A DNA stretch of 64,000 nt from Chiloscyllium plagiosum (Eukaryota): NCBI RefSeq assembly GCF_004010195.1, contig NC_057749.1, positions 13,824,543 through 13,888,542 of the forward strand, given 5' to 3'. How positions within the stretch are numbered: the first letter of the stretch is position 1; the number at the start of each line of letters is the position of its first letter. Of this stretch, positions 52,301 to 61,009 are shown piece after piece. The notes beneath the pieces are model-generated. The model was given only the letters and a program-made list of their open reading frames with translations. It searched no databases and was not told where the DNA came from. Both the position numbers and the translations under genes were made by a program.

Positions 52301-55300
52301 AAGAAACAAGGAAGAAACTTTCTAAACTTTCTTTAAAATGTTAAAGTAGTACTTGGATGAGCACTTGGAGCATCATTACATTCAAGGCTCTGGCCAAGTG
52401 CTGAAATTAATGCAGGTATTAGTGTACTTTTGGCCATTCAGACTCAATGGGCCAAAGGGCCTCTTCTTTACTGTATGATTCTATGATTGATTCCATGACT
52501 GAATGGTGGGCTTCAAAACAATGGGATACTACATTTTATTATTGAGGTTGAGACTGATCATCATGCGAAGGGGAATGCACACAAACTTGAACACAAAAAG
52601 ATCATGTAGCGTGGTGAAACTTGACTTACAAAAGAATACAACAACCATCCTAAGGCTTCTGCTGGCGCTGTAATCTGTACATTCATATGAGAACTCACCT
52701 TTATTCAGGCCAAGTTTAGTGAACATTTTAGAAATATTAGTAATGAGCTAGGTTTAAAGTGATATGTTCTGCGAGAAACATATAAAGAGAAACCCATAAA
52801 AATTCCACACATCTAACAGTACAGTACTAAATGGGAAGGTTTACTGGTCTTTCAAAAAGACGGGGAATCTTTCTAAAGGGATTTTAGGTTAGACTATCCT
52901 CCATTTACTGGCTTCGCATGTGTCTATTGTCTGAAGTTCTAAGGTCAGATTTCTTGCCGAAAAGCTGTTGTAAAAATGTCATTTTAGTCAAAGCTATCAT
53001 GTGCCTTTGAGCCACCTACAATCTTTAAATAGCTTTCAGAATTTTCAGTGTCTCTTGAAACTGGCAAAAGATATCCAGATTGGATTTTAAAAAAGCTTGA
53101 GAACTTTATCCAAGTATTTTTGATGCTAGCTTCATCAAAGATGACTTAATCCTAATCAGCATGAAGTATGTTCTGAGACCAATAAGACTTTTGATATCTG
53201 TGCCACAGATGTATAACTGATTCTGGGGAACTCTATGTTGCATCATATATCTATTTAATGATTTATTTTAAAATATAAAGTTCTGTAACATTTATCAAGT
53301 TCAAGTAACAACTAAAATATTCAATTCTCCATAAATACTTTCAAAAATACAAATATTATTAACCATTCTTTAGCTTTAGGCTACATTCAGCACAGACTCT
53401 ACAACTTGCTCTCTACTGTGATGTCAATGCACATTCCTTTATTCAAGTTCCTGATGATATAATTAAGCACAGAAACTGGATCTGACTGCCCTATTTGACT
53501 CAGTTGAAGGCAGGAAAAGATAGATGCACACTGCATCTTTGATGATTCCAGACATGATGCCCTCATGAAACTGGTAGAATCATCAGGATCAACACATTGA
53601 TAGAATTCAGAGCAATTACAGCACATGATTCATATCTGCAAAGGCAAAAGTGAGGACTGCAGATGCTGGAAATCAGACTCTAGATTCGAGTGGTGCTGGA
53701 AAAGTACAGCAGGTCAGGCAGCATCCGGGAAGCAGGAAAAAAAATTGACGTTTCAGGCAAAAGCCCTTCATCAGGAATGAAGCAAATATCTGCAAATAAG
53801 AATTGACCAACTTAAGCACAGTCCTGAATGCAAAGTAAACAAAGAACTGCGGATGCTGTAAATCAGAAACAAAAACAGAAATTGCTGGAAAAATGTAGCA
53901 GGTCTGGCAGCTGAAGTTCTGAAGAAAGGTCACTGGACCCAAAATGTTAACCATGCTTTCTTCTCCACAAATGCTGGGTCAAAAAGTGTGGTGCTGGAAA
54001 AGCACAGCAGGTCAGGCAGCACCTGAGGAGGAGGAGAGTCGACATTTCGGGCACAAGTCCTTCATCAGGAATATCTGATAATGGGCTTATGCCCGAAACA
54101 TCGATTCTCCTGCTCCTCTGATGCTGCCTGACCTGCTATGCTCTTTCCAGCACCACACTTTTCAACTCTGACTCTCCAGCATCTACAGTCCTCACTCTTT
54201 CCTCTCCACAGATGTTGCCAAACCTGCTGAGTTTTTCCAGCAATTTCTGTTTTTGTTTCTGAATGAAGAGTGCTTCTAGATTCTTCCAAAAGAAATGTCC
54301 TTCTCACATGCATCCCATGTAGAGTACATCACGGGTGGTTGCAGGGACAATGGGCTACTTGTTCCTAAGAGTTCTAATGTGGTACTCACAGCTGCAAACA
54401 AATATAGACAAAAGGAGCAACTAACTCCAATTTCCCACTACCTATCCTTTGGTGGCTCACCACAGCTGAAATTATGAGCTCAGAATAACATGAAGTTGCA
54501 CCAGTATGCCTCTCGTCTCTCGGGGTTACAAAAGCCACCATCCGACAAGCTTAGCTAGAAGTAACACTTCTCTTTCTGATGTCATCACTCTCACGTCGTC
54601 ACAACATAGACATTTTCGTACAACAGCACAGAACATGCTTTATTTCTCAAAACAGCAACAAATGTAAAAATCAAAACAGCAACAAATGTAAAAATCAAAA
54701 CAGCAACAAATGTAAAAATAACGTCAATGCCCAAATATATAGCAGAAAGAATTGTGGAATGGTCTGTCTGGAGGTTTAAAACAGATGTGGATTTCACCAA
54801 GGTTTCCAAACTAAAATCCTCTGAATATTGTCTATGAAGTAACCCTGGGGAATTATCAAGCTCATTAAATCTCTGTCACCAGATCCTATATTCTTCTGTA
54901 GTTGTTTCTAGTGCTGCAGAATGAAAAAATTGATTCTGCAGCGAAAGCACAACTTTCTTTAGGAAATTGACCAACCTGTCTTTTACGAGTTAGGACAAGA
55001 CTTCCATAAAATGTGTCAACGTTTGGAAGCACTTAAAAGAAATGATAACATCCTAGCTGTTCATACAAGCAAAAGATGTTTTATTCACAAGTTTTCTTAT
55101 TCATACATGTAATGCCTAATTGAACCATCTGCTCAATGAGAACTTTTGTAGATAAGCAGCACTGACCAAAACAATAATAACATTATACATTTAGACATGA
55201 AATGCTGTTAACAATTAGTACGCTACTGGAAAATGAGCAGCAAGTGAATTACTTCTTTCCTCTGGTGTCAAATAGTTTCGTCAACAAATCTAAATGCAGG

Positions 55301-58300
55301 GCTTACAGAGAAATTCAAAATTAAAACTGGAAACAGAAGTTACTTCACTTTACCTTTTACCTCAAAATGTACTCCTTTATCACTTTCCAAGATCCATGAT
55401 TTCCTTAAGACTGGGTCTGATGATTACCTCTGTTTCTCTCTCCACCTGACCTGAGTGTTATCAGCATAGTCTGCTTTTAATTTTGTTCATCTATTAAATA
55501 TGACTTACCATTTGGATGCAATCTGCTCCGCTGTGAAGATTTTTGACAGTTGTTTCGGCTATGTTTTGGAGAAGCAATATTTGCCCGATTAGCTTTGACT
55601 TTGTCTGCCCAACTGACACCAGTTGGAGCAAGACGAGCTGCTACCAAAGCTGGAGGAGCGCCCCTAAATAGAAAATTAACTAGAATTAAATTGAATCAGT
55701 GAGAAGGTCCAAAAAGTAAAGAACTAATGGAAATAAAAAGAATATGAATACTACAGCTTCCAGCTTAACACAATGATTCCTGATTTCTGAAAAATCAACA
55801 TCCTCAAGCTTCCATTACATACAACACATACGCACTTTCTCAGGCACACTGACTGTGACTGCACTAATCCACAACTCTCACTATACAGTATTCTGACAAA
55901 ATATTTATCGCACAACTAAAATCATCTTACAGTTGTTCGTGGGATCTTGTTGTGCACAGATCAGATGCTGCATTGCCTGTATTATAATGGTCACTTATTA
56001 AAGTATTGATTGGCTATGAAATGGTTTGGATGCTTCCATGAAAGTCATTATTTTACATTCATCGGAAATATGTATACTTTTCATGTCATACATTGGAAAT
56101 GTGACTTTAATAAATTTTAAAAGGTACTGCCCCAAATCCTTTACCTTTTCCATATTCTTCCTTCTCCAGGGTGTGAATAGCATTTGAGCCACAATGTAAT
56201 GACAAATTTACAAATTTAAAATACCTGCACGTGCGGATTTGCTTGTTGCAGCCTGAGCTGTTCACGTGATATGAAACATGAAAAAAATACAGAGTTCACA
56301 GTACTGATAGCCAAAGATATTCCAGAAATCCTTCACACTTGAATCTAAATTAAACCCAATGAGGACATTGCTGGCTAGGCCCATCCCTAATTGCGCAAAG
56401 GGCAGTTAAGAGTCAACCGCATTGCTGTGGATCTGGTGTCACACGTAGGCCAGACCAGGTAAGGATTGCAATTTCCTTCCCTTAAGGGCTCAGTGAAAGA
56501 GGTGGGTTTTTCCAACAATCAACAATAGATTCACAGTCATCGTTAGATTCTTAATTCCAGATTTTTATTGAATTAAAATTTCACAATCTACCTTGGCAGG
56601 ATTCCAACACACATCTCCAGAACATTATCTGGGTCACTGGATTAACATCCAGTGGTAATACCACTTAGAGCATTGCCTAGTGAAGCTTTTAAAATGAATT
56701 CTGCTTTAAAAATAAGTGAATGAGTTACAAGTTATCATAGCACATATAAAGTTAAGCGAGTTTTCATATGTCAACACACTTAACACTGCATTTACTACGT
56801 GCCAGGTCATCTGTGCACTTAAAATGGTGATATCTACACGTCTCCTACTCAATGTCCAACATAACTGTACTTTTGGACTCTAATATTGCTCATTAACAAT
56901 TAACCTAGTAAAGCAGAATGCATAAACCATAACATGTTAAATATTGTTTTCTTTACTTCAGCTGTTCTATGACAAGTGTTAAACTACTATTTGAGCTTGA
57001 CGTAAATGTATATGTCAATACCAGTCAACATTTGCAGTACTCTGATAATTAATAATCATTTCCTGAGATATTTCCATTACATAATAACACATGTATTGAA
57101 CCACCTCTTCATGTAGTCTTCAACCACAATTAGATGTGAACATTCTTAGGCAGTAACGTGTTTAATAAATTGAAAGGAGCTCCAAGTAGGTGACATTAAA
57201 CAAAGGATCAACCTGCCTGTGTTAACCTCATGCATGCCTCTAGGATTTAACTTAATCCAACCCAAAGTATGGTACTTCGGAATAAAGGAAAATAGGTCAC
57301 ATTTATGGCATTTTATAACAAACCATTATAAAGTTTGGGTAATTAAATGGAATTTAACTAGTCTTCGGAATTGATAAGTTCTGATGTAATCTGACTTCAG
57401 ACTGAGAACTTTATTCATTCAAAAAACCGATACATTATTTGAACGTTAAAAAGTTTCAAAGAATCAAAAATTTACTTTGAAACAGCACGGAACGCTACAT
57501 TTTTCCACTCTAAAACAGAATTTATTTCATAGAGCAGCTCTCTGCCACAACAAAACAAAAATATCAAGCAACTAACTTTTCAGACTTCATTTTAGTCCTG
57601 TTTGGTATTAGCTGAAAAGACCAAAGAGAAAAAGACTTGTTTTTTTTCAAGACTGCTTTACACTGTGTAAATAATTGCATGACATTTAATTTTGGCAGGG
57701 CAAAATTTCATACCAATATTTGGAGAACTTGATAGAATCAATGTCACTAGGTTTGTCCCTAATTCCCACATTGACTTGTAACATTTATCAATATTTACAG
57801 AGAAGATACTTAGAATCAGCATGCAGAACACCAAAATTACTTAGCCTTGGTTCTATTGGTAGGATTCTTGCCTTAAAGTTGCAAGATTGGAAGTGCAAGA
57901 GCCACACCAAGATGAACACACAATTTAAACAGTCATCTTTTGGATGAGACCTTGAATGAAAAGCTCTGCCTATCTGTTCAAAGCGGTGTCAAAATTCCAT
58001 AGCACTATCCAAAGAGAAGAAGGACATCTACCAGTTTTCGGCTCGGGTTCCCTTCTAAGCTAATAGCACTAAAAATGCATTCACTGATCATTCATTTTAT
58101 GCTGTTTGTGGGATCTTGTTATGCACAAATTGGGTGCCATGTTTGTCTCCATAAAAACAATTGCATTAAAAACTAAATCGTTGTGAAACATTTTGAGAAC
58201 TGTCTGATGAAATGGGAATGTTATAATTCCTCCTTTCTTCCCATACCAGCAGTTCCTACTGAATGCCCCCATGAAACAATTTAACTACCTGTACTTAAAT

Positions 58301-60388
58301 CCCCAAGAACTATGATTCTGGTTTCAAACATGAAGACAAAGTATGCACAAACCTGACCATAGGAATGATGTAATCATTCCATTTCCATCAACATATATAA
58401 AGAAAAATCTAGAAATTCTTACATCGTATTAGGAGCTCCAAAGTTTAAACTCCTTCGGGCACTTGACGTTGTGCAAATTCTGTCTGTTGGTGGACTTGGC
58501 ATAACATGTCGCCCTGGGGACATTTTCCTCACTTCCCAAGCCAGCGATGTGGGTCTACAATAGAGAGTGCAAGTCACAATTCAAAAGCATGCAGTACATA
58601 GGTTATATATACATGCAGCGTATCATACTCAGTTCTAGTTTAGATATTACATAAATAAGACTTTGGAGAAGGTACAAAAAAATATTTCAATGATGAAACT
58701 AAAATTGAGAGATAATAACTTCCAAGAAAAACTTTGCATACTAGAGTTCCTTCCTCTGAAAGCAAAAAGGCAGAGGTAAATTGATTGAGGTTGATAATAT
58801 TTTAAAGGTTTAAAATAGTATAGTTGGGAGGGATATTTCATTTGTGAGAGGTTTCAAAGTTATAAGCCACAATCACAAGGTAGTCACTAATAAATTTATT
58901 CACTCATGGAATTATTAAAATGTGTAACATGTTAACAGTGTTTTTTAAAAATTCATTCATGGGAGGTGGGCATCACTGGCTTGGTCTTTATTGAATGCCC
59001 ATCCCTAACTGCCCTGGAGTGTATCTGCAGCAAGCAGTATCAATTTATTTAAGGGGGAGTTGGAGAAGCACGAGGAGTGCACAGAAACAGTGTATGTTCC
59101 ATTTGCACATTTGCAGTTGCACTCATGATGTCACACCAGCATAACATTCAAATCTTAAACTAATCCTAAGGCCTGGGAAAACAGCAACAATTATAATCAG
59201 TCTGCAAATTTCTTTGCTAGGAGAGTCCATGGTGCAATAAAAAAAACTGATTAGTTGTTAGATAACTTTGGATTGTATCTGTTTAGAGACCACATTACTT
59301 AATGAACAACAGAAGTACAAATTTGCAAAGAAATATTCCGATTGTGTGTTTCCTTAGATCTTACAACTAGCTTAAAACTCAATGTAAGAAATTGCGGCAT
59401 TTGCTTACTTGTTTTCTACTTAGAATTAATTTTGGGGCAAGAGGTAGAGTAATTTTCATCACAGTCAGGTACAACTCTCCCGCCTCTCACAATGACAGAC
59501 TGTAGCACTCCAGCTACCAGCAGTTCTGCCCATAAATGCAACAGTTTACATAAGGTTAGATGAAACAAAGTGGGAGGAAATTTATGCAGAGGATAAACAT
59601 TAGTTTTGACCAGTTTGGTGGAATAGCATGTTCACATCTTGGAGACAGAACAGAAGATAACACAATGAACGCAGTTTCATATAACAACTGTTTCATTCCT
59701 AACGCATGTTGATATAGCACATCAGGGAACATAGATCACTTGCAATAACAATAAATTGCATCTGAAGAAAGTTATTGCTAACATGAACAAGTATGAGTCT
59801 AAATCTGATGTTTACAAGAAATTATGTAACTAAAGCCACCTCCATTTTAAGACCCATGTTAATTTCCTGTTCCATTTGCATTCAAAAAGGATATAAGTAA
59901 TAGCAGTGCTTCTCTCAAGTACTGTCTGCAATTGCCTTTATTTGATTCTACCTCAGAATGCATTCTAATTAAGCAAATGTAAACATTCTCACCATACTAA
60001 TTGATTGGAATCTTGATCATTTTACTCAAACAGCCTGCACCTCAGAACATCATAATTGGTCTAACAATCAGATAAAGGTTTGTTGTCTTTCAAAGTCTTC
60101 TGCTAGTTATTTCCAGTAGGTTGCTTAAAATCAGATACTTTGCTAACAAAGTTCCTCTCGAATGTCTCCTTTCATATATCCATTCTTCAGAACATTTAGC
60201 AACATTTAGCCAGTTTAATGGGAGTATAGATCTCCCATTCAATAATTAAGTTATTTCAAGTGGATGGTGTACACTGTAGTGTATTACCTGTTCCGTGCAT
60301 CTGTATTCTCTAACTTTTCCTGCAGCTGCAACCAATCTATCAATGCCTTGAAATCTCGCACGTAGTTATCCAGCATCATCAACACTTC
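10217..60388 (-). CDS. SCAPER: SCAPER, partial multi-exon CDS (16 internal exons; both gene ends outside the window)
   Basis: Spliced translation matches vertebrate SCAPER as recalled, from EVLMMLDNYVRDFKALIDW to KKAKKLRARMNS. All introns are GT-AG, phases are compatible throughout, and the exon sum is 2294 nt. Confidence 0.97.
10490..11230 (-). mobile_element. Degenerate Penelope-like element (second family), GIY-YIG region plus tail
   Basis: ORF 11018..11353 contains VQGLKHSFPMKQRLTC..N..Y.IC, a decayed form of the QGPKHSFQVKQRFTC..NLVYCIRC..CGLLYIGETKR endonuclease motif; decayed hammerhead-like tail at about 10530-10570. Confidence 0.65.
11345..11660 (-). mobile_element. Tandem pair of short tRNA-derived SINE units, the second interrupted by a 60-bp insert
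   Basis: Repeated unit AATCAACCTGTTCAG...GGGACTT...CACCA(C/G)AAGAG(G)CCC. Minus strand starts GGGCTCTTGTGGTGCACTGGTAG (A box) with a GATTCAAGTCCC B box. Confidence 0.65.
14567..14610. repeat. Compound (GA)n/(GT)n microsatellite
   Basis: gagagagagggagacagagtgtgtgtgcgagagagagagagaga. Confidence 0.85.
15250..15703. repeat. Head-to-tail tandem duplication, 226/227-bp unit, two copies
   Basis: Copies start at 15250 and 15476 and differ by 2 substitutions and one 1-nt indel. Confidence 0.95.
15998..16197. mobile_element. Fold-back (inverted-arm) Penelope-tail element with decayed hammerhead
   Basis: Arms AAATTGCTGGCAAAACTCAGCA...GCATCTGTGGA and TCCACAGATGC...GTTGAGTTTTTTCAGCAATTT; minus-strand core TTCTGAAGAAGGGTCACTGGACCCAAAATGTTAAC. 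Confidence 0.75.
17280..17995 (+). mobile_element. Degenerate CR1 LINE 3' part
   Basis: Fragments KWQLQFKAEK and YCVQLWA...RVQKRFMRM, plus a CR1-type tail GATGGGCCAAATGTCTTC...TTCTGCGATTCTA. Confidence 0.75.
19170..20020 (+). mobile_element. Possible highly decayed Gypsy-type LTR element (integrase remnant plus LTR-like end)
   Basis: Weak motif remnants resembling integrase DNG..FT.E.F..F..MNGI and a D-Q-M C-terminal motif; ends ...GACAACGACATTACA. Many disruptions. Confidence 0.3.
21450..21670 (-). mobile_element. Penelope pLTR fragment with decayed hammerhead and a short inverted piece
   Basis: Homologous to the tail of 33175-33530 and 63357-63890. GGATGTAGGTTTGCTTGCTGAGCT (21484) is mirrored by AGCTCAGCAAGTAAACCTACATCC (21640). 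Confidence 0.75.
23436..23543 (-). CDS. SCAPER: SCAPER exon (108 nt) ITSEVYLFSHIKGRKHQQAVRENSSIQGRELSDEEV; second half (Hx5H) of the zinc finger
   Basis: Acceptor ttccaaAG (AAG type), donor GTG|GTAAGT, phase 0 to 0. Confidence 0.95.
24134..24286 (-). CDS. SCAPER: SCAPER exon (153 nt) HDESSRRHMEQIEQRKEKAAELSSGRHANTDYAPKLTPYERKKHCSLCNVL; first half (CxxC) of the C2H2 zinc finger
   Basis: Acceptor catgcAG, donor TTG|GTAGGT, phase 0 to 0. Confidence 0.96.
24430..25640 (+). mobile_element. Two adjacent CR1 LINE remnants (about 24430-25010 and 25100-25640)
   Basis: RT motifs IKQSQQGFKKG..CLTN..EFLE and IYLDFQKVFDKVSH, plus CR1 3' tails. Confidence 0.75.
26625..26706 (-). CDS. SCAPER: SCAPER exon (82 nt) EREERLAALCAAQQEAMEELQKKIQLK
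   Basis: Acceptor tttggcAG, donor AAG|GTATTA, phase 2 to 0. Confidence 0.96.
27164..27306 (-). CDS. SCAPER: SCAPER exon (143 nt) ERKRALEAERQARVEELMLKRREQEARIEQQRQEKEKAREDAARERA(R)
   Basis: Acceptor gaatgcAG, donor CAG|GTTTGT, phase 0 to 2. Confidence 0.96.
29512..29667 (-). CDS. SCAPER: SCAPER exon (156 nt) VNEIAFINTLEAQNKRHDVL...QARDEAVQ
   Basis: Acceptor cctttcAG, donor CAG|GTTAGA, phase 0 to 0; lies within ORF 29380..29706. Confidence 0.96.
30796..30936 (-). CDS. SCAPER: SCAPER exon (141 nt) EKEVRKWKEELLEQRRKMMEEKLLHAELKRELQLQAIVKKAQEEEAK
   Basis: Acceptor tccttAG, donor AAG|GTCTGG, phase 0 to 0. Confidence 0.95.
31215..31930 (+). mobile_element. CR1 LINE 3' remnant
   Basis: EEQRVLGVFVDRSLKAAEQINRIVKKA and GHNLKMKGRRFREDL; same family as 61010-61492. 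Confidence 0.8.
32631..32742 (-). CDS. SCAPER: SCAPER exon (112 nt) TIAESKKRHEEKQLKAQQLREKLREEQTLKLQKLLER
   Basis: Acceptor gttaacAG, donor CGA|GTAAGA, phase 2 to 0. Confidence 0.95.
32931..33048 (-). CDS. SCAPER: SCAPER exon (118 nt) AREPWRQSTSWGDIVEEEPARPPGHAIQMHEKLSSPSRK
   Basis: Acceptor tttatAG, weak donor AT|GTGATT, phase 1 to 2. Confidence 0.92.
33175..33530 (+). mobile_element. Penelope-like 3' fragment with 5' inversion and intact hammerhead
   Basis: ILGQAKQRHAREFLEAWHSNQNAINKHIDLD, closely similar to 63571-63890; 33175-33208 is the inverted upstream segment. Confidence 0.9.
33427..33466 (+). ncRNA. Minimal hammerhead ribozyme motif in Penelope pLTR; predicted cleavage after 33463
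   Basis: CCA-CUGAUGA-U-GUUACC(UAGCCA)GGUAAU-GAAAC-GUC-UGG: all core nucleotides present, 3-bp stem I, 6-bp stem II. Confidence 0.75.
34132..34222 (-). CDS. SCAPER: SCAPER exon (91 nt) ASMNSGSLSLYSVSSQSQNLDWNDVLAEYE
   Basis: Acceptor tgtatAG, donor AAG|GTATGT, phase 0 to 1. Confidence 0.93.
36056..36229 (-). CDS. SCAPER: SCAPER exon (174 nt) QSMAAVLAKGEELANRLEKENEEAIANAIAEEEQLTREIQAEENNDINIETDTESELT
   Basis: Acceptor ccctctcAG, donor ACA|GTGAGT, phase 0 to 0. Confidence 0.95.
37784..37909 (-). mobile_element. Young 126-bp Penelope-tail element with 13-bp TSD
   Basis: Flanked by a perfect CAACATCACAGGA at 37771-37783 and 37910-37922; CpGs intact. Confidence 0.9.
37873..37910 (-). ncRNA. Minimal hammerhead ribozyme motif on the SCAPER sense strand
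   Basis: GAUUC-CUGAAGA-A-GGGC(UUAU)GCCC-GAAAC-GUC-GAUUC: core intact, stem I has one U-U mismatch. Confidence 0.7.
38560..38975 (-). mobile_element. CR1 LINE 3' remnant
   Basis: Tail resembles 4490-4750 (CCATTCAA...TTTGTATTTCAAATTCTACATTCC...CAAGAA). Confidence 0.65.
38980..39980 (+). mobile_element. LINE (CR1-group) ORF2 remnant interrupted by a fold-back Penelope-tail element
   Basis: Degenerate LKALDTEKDMGSDNILSVILKVYAPELA, KSNLAN, HLLSNNLLT and DLITILDQTWTK. Confidence 0.75.
39089..39310. mobile_element. Fold-back Penelope-tail element with 11-bp TSD
   Basis: Inverted arms centred on CATCAGGAATTCCTGATG; flanked by CACAACTAATG (39078-39088) and CACAACCAATG (39311-39321). Confidence 0.85.
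42640..42845 (-). mobile_element. DeuSINE central-domain remnant
   Basis: Minus strand ...TTTTGGATGAAATGTCAAACCTAG...CCTGGTGTCTTGGTTGATATTTATCCC matches the Deu-domain pattern. Confidence 0.6.
44886..45077 (+). mobile_element. Young HER1/CR1 3' end
   Basis: Near-identical in reverse to 6451-6630 (GCTGGTACAATTGCAACATTTAA...GAAGGGTCTGTTTCCATGCTGTACATCTCGATGACTCTATG). Confidence 0.85.
45276..45371 (-). CDS. Candidate SCAPER alternative cassette exon (96 nt) ILNLSSPDSRDRGTTNQKREMWEEELGQLCTL
   Basis: Acceptor tttctcttcAG, donor TTG|GTATGT, 32 stop-free codons, phase 0 to 0 matching the host intron. No homology recognised. Confidence 0.4.
45646..45870 (-). CDS. SCAPER: SCAPER exon (225 nt), divergent acidic region HTANMSADPVQ...DLSGDLSN
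   Basis: Acceptor acattAG, donor AAT|GTGAGT, phase 0 to 0. It ends in DLSN, like the DISN preceding SMA in mammals; lies in the frame of ORF 45451..45858. Confidence 0.82.
49250..49515 (-). CDS. SCAPER: SCAPER exon (266 nt) EKKDTEGWETVQRGR...KDDSDKEN...IDVLK
   Basis: Acceptor ctctgtAG, donor AAG|GTATGC, phase 1 to 0, conserved EGWETVQRGR and KDDSDKEN; lies within ORF 49226..49702. Confidence 0.93.
52330..52495 (+). mobile_element. CR1 3' tail
   Basis: AGTACTTGGATGAGCACTTG...ATGGGCCAAAGGGCCTCTTC...TATGATTCTATGA. Confidence 0.7.
53643..53785 (-). mobile_element. Short Penelope-tail element with 11-bp TSD and near-intact hammerhead core
   Basis: Flanked by ATATCTGCAAA at 53632-53642 and 53786-53796; minus-strand core AUUC-CUGAUGA-A-GGGC(UUUU)GCCU-GAAAC-GUC. 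Confidence 0.85.
53838..54262. mobile_element. Nested fold-back elements: an inverted-arm element (about 53977-54202) inside another inverted-arm element
   Basis: Outer arms TCAGAAACAAAAACAGAAATTGCTGGAAAAA and TTTTTCCAGCAATTTCTGTTTTTGTTTCTGA; inner arms centred on CATCAGGAATATCTGAT. Confidence 0.85.
54647..54718. repeat. Perfect tandem repeat, 3 x 24 bp (TCAAAACAGCAACAAATGTAAAAA)
   Basis: Units start at 54647, 54671 and 54695. Confidence 0.95.
55509..55663 (-). CDS. SCAPER: SCAPER exon (155 nt) GAPPALVAARLAPTGVSWADKVKANR...LHPN
   Basis: Acceptor tatttAG, donor G|GTAAGT, phase 2 to 1, conserved RLAPTGVSWADKVKA. Confidence 0.93.
56225..56257 (-). CDS. Candidate SCAPER micro-exon (33 nt) (I)SGCNKQIRTC(R)
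   Basis: U-rich tract then aacAG acceptor, donor CAG|GTATTT, frame-preserving and stop-free in the phase-2 host intron, CpGs retained. Confidence 0.3.
56360..56680 (-). mobile_element. tRNA-derived SINE, near full length
   Basis: Minus strand GGCAATGCTCTAAGTGGTATTACCACTGG...GTTGGAATCCTGCC (A/B-box-like) then CCTTACCTGGTCTGGCCTACGTGTGAC...GTTGACTCTTAACTGCCCT, a body I recognise as a common shark SINE. Confidence 0.7.
57840..58225 (+). mobile_element. DeuSINE (SacSINE1/AmnSINE1-related)
   Basis: CTTTTGGATGAGACCTTGAA...ATTCCATAGCACTAT...GCTGTTTGTGGGATCTTGTTATGCACAAATTGGGTGCC matches the Deu domain and tail; a partial copy also lies at about 55930-56060. Confidence 0.7.
58423..58554 (-). CDS. 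SCAPER: SCAPER exon (132 nt) PTSLAWEVRKMSPGRHVMPSPPTDRICTTSSARRSLNFGAPNT; contains the RxL cyclin A-binding motif (RRSLNF)
   Basis: Acceptor ttgtAG, donor AT|GTAAGA, phase 2 to 2. Confidence 0.93.
60288..60388 (-). CDS. SCAPER: SCAPER exon (101 nt) EVLMMLDNYVRDFKALIDWLQLQEKLENTDARN(R)
   Basis: Acceptor ttttctcAG, donor CAG|GTAATA, phase 0 to 2, strong similarity to the SCAPER N-terminal domain. Confidence 0.95.
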
Positions 60389-61009
60389 CTGAGAAAAGAA
60401 ACTCATTATAATTAGGTTGCAAGTAATATCCCCTACTCCCACAAATCATAAATCAATGCTGGTTTGAGTTGCTCCTTTTTCTCTGCTGCAATTATGTGGC
60501 TATATTATCAGTGAAAATCGCTTCGGACAACTTTTTCACTCTGAATGAAGTACTAAATGGAATAAAATTCATGAGAAAAATTTCATAGAAGAAAATGGTT
60601 AATAAGCCTTGCAATTTCAATACTCAGACAGTGGAGCTGGTTTTGAAATTGTGCTATTTGTGGTGTCTCGGCTGATGCTTTTTCTCACTTATTTTGTCTA
60701 ATTTGAAGTCACAGCAAAATATTTATGGTTAAGTTTCATTTCTTTTCTTTGTAAATTTACTTCACGCTACATCCATTTAAACTGTACAAACACTGAGTAT
60801 TACTGTTATAGATGCTATATTTCCATAGCCCCTCTACCCTCATCTTAAGCAACATATAAGGATTTCTCAAACTAAAATTTAGATAATCTGTTTTCCTACC
60901 TCTGTCACATCTTTAACTTTCTGTCACCTACAAGTTACATTCCCACCAATGTTTTACCACTGGCCTTTGCTCTGGTCACCGTACTATGGCAAAGTGATTT
61001 CACTAAAGA

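Noticed and set aside
54579..54809. ORFs with repeated peptides (QNSNKCKN x3, IFTFVAVL x3), or a CRISPR-like array
   Set aside because: These are translations of the 24-bp tandem repeat. There are no spacers, no cas genes, and the context is a eukaryotic intron.
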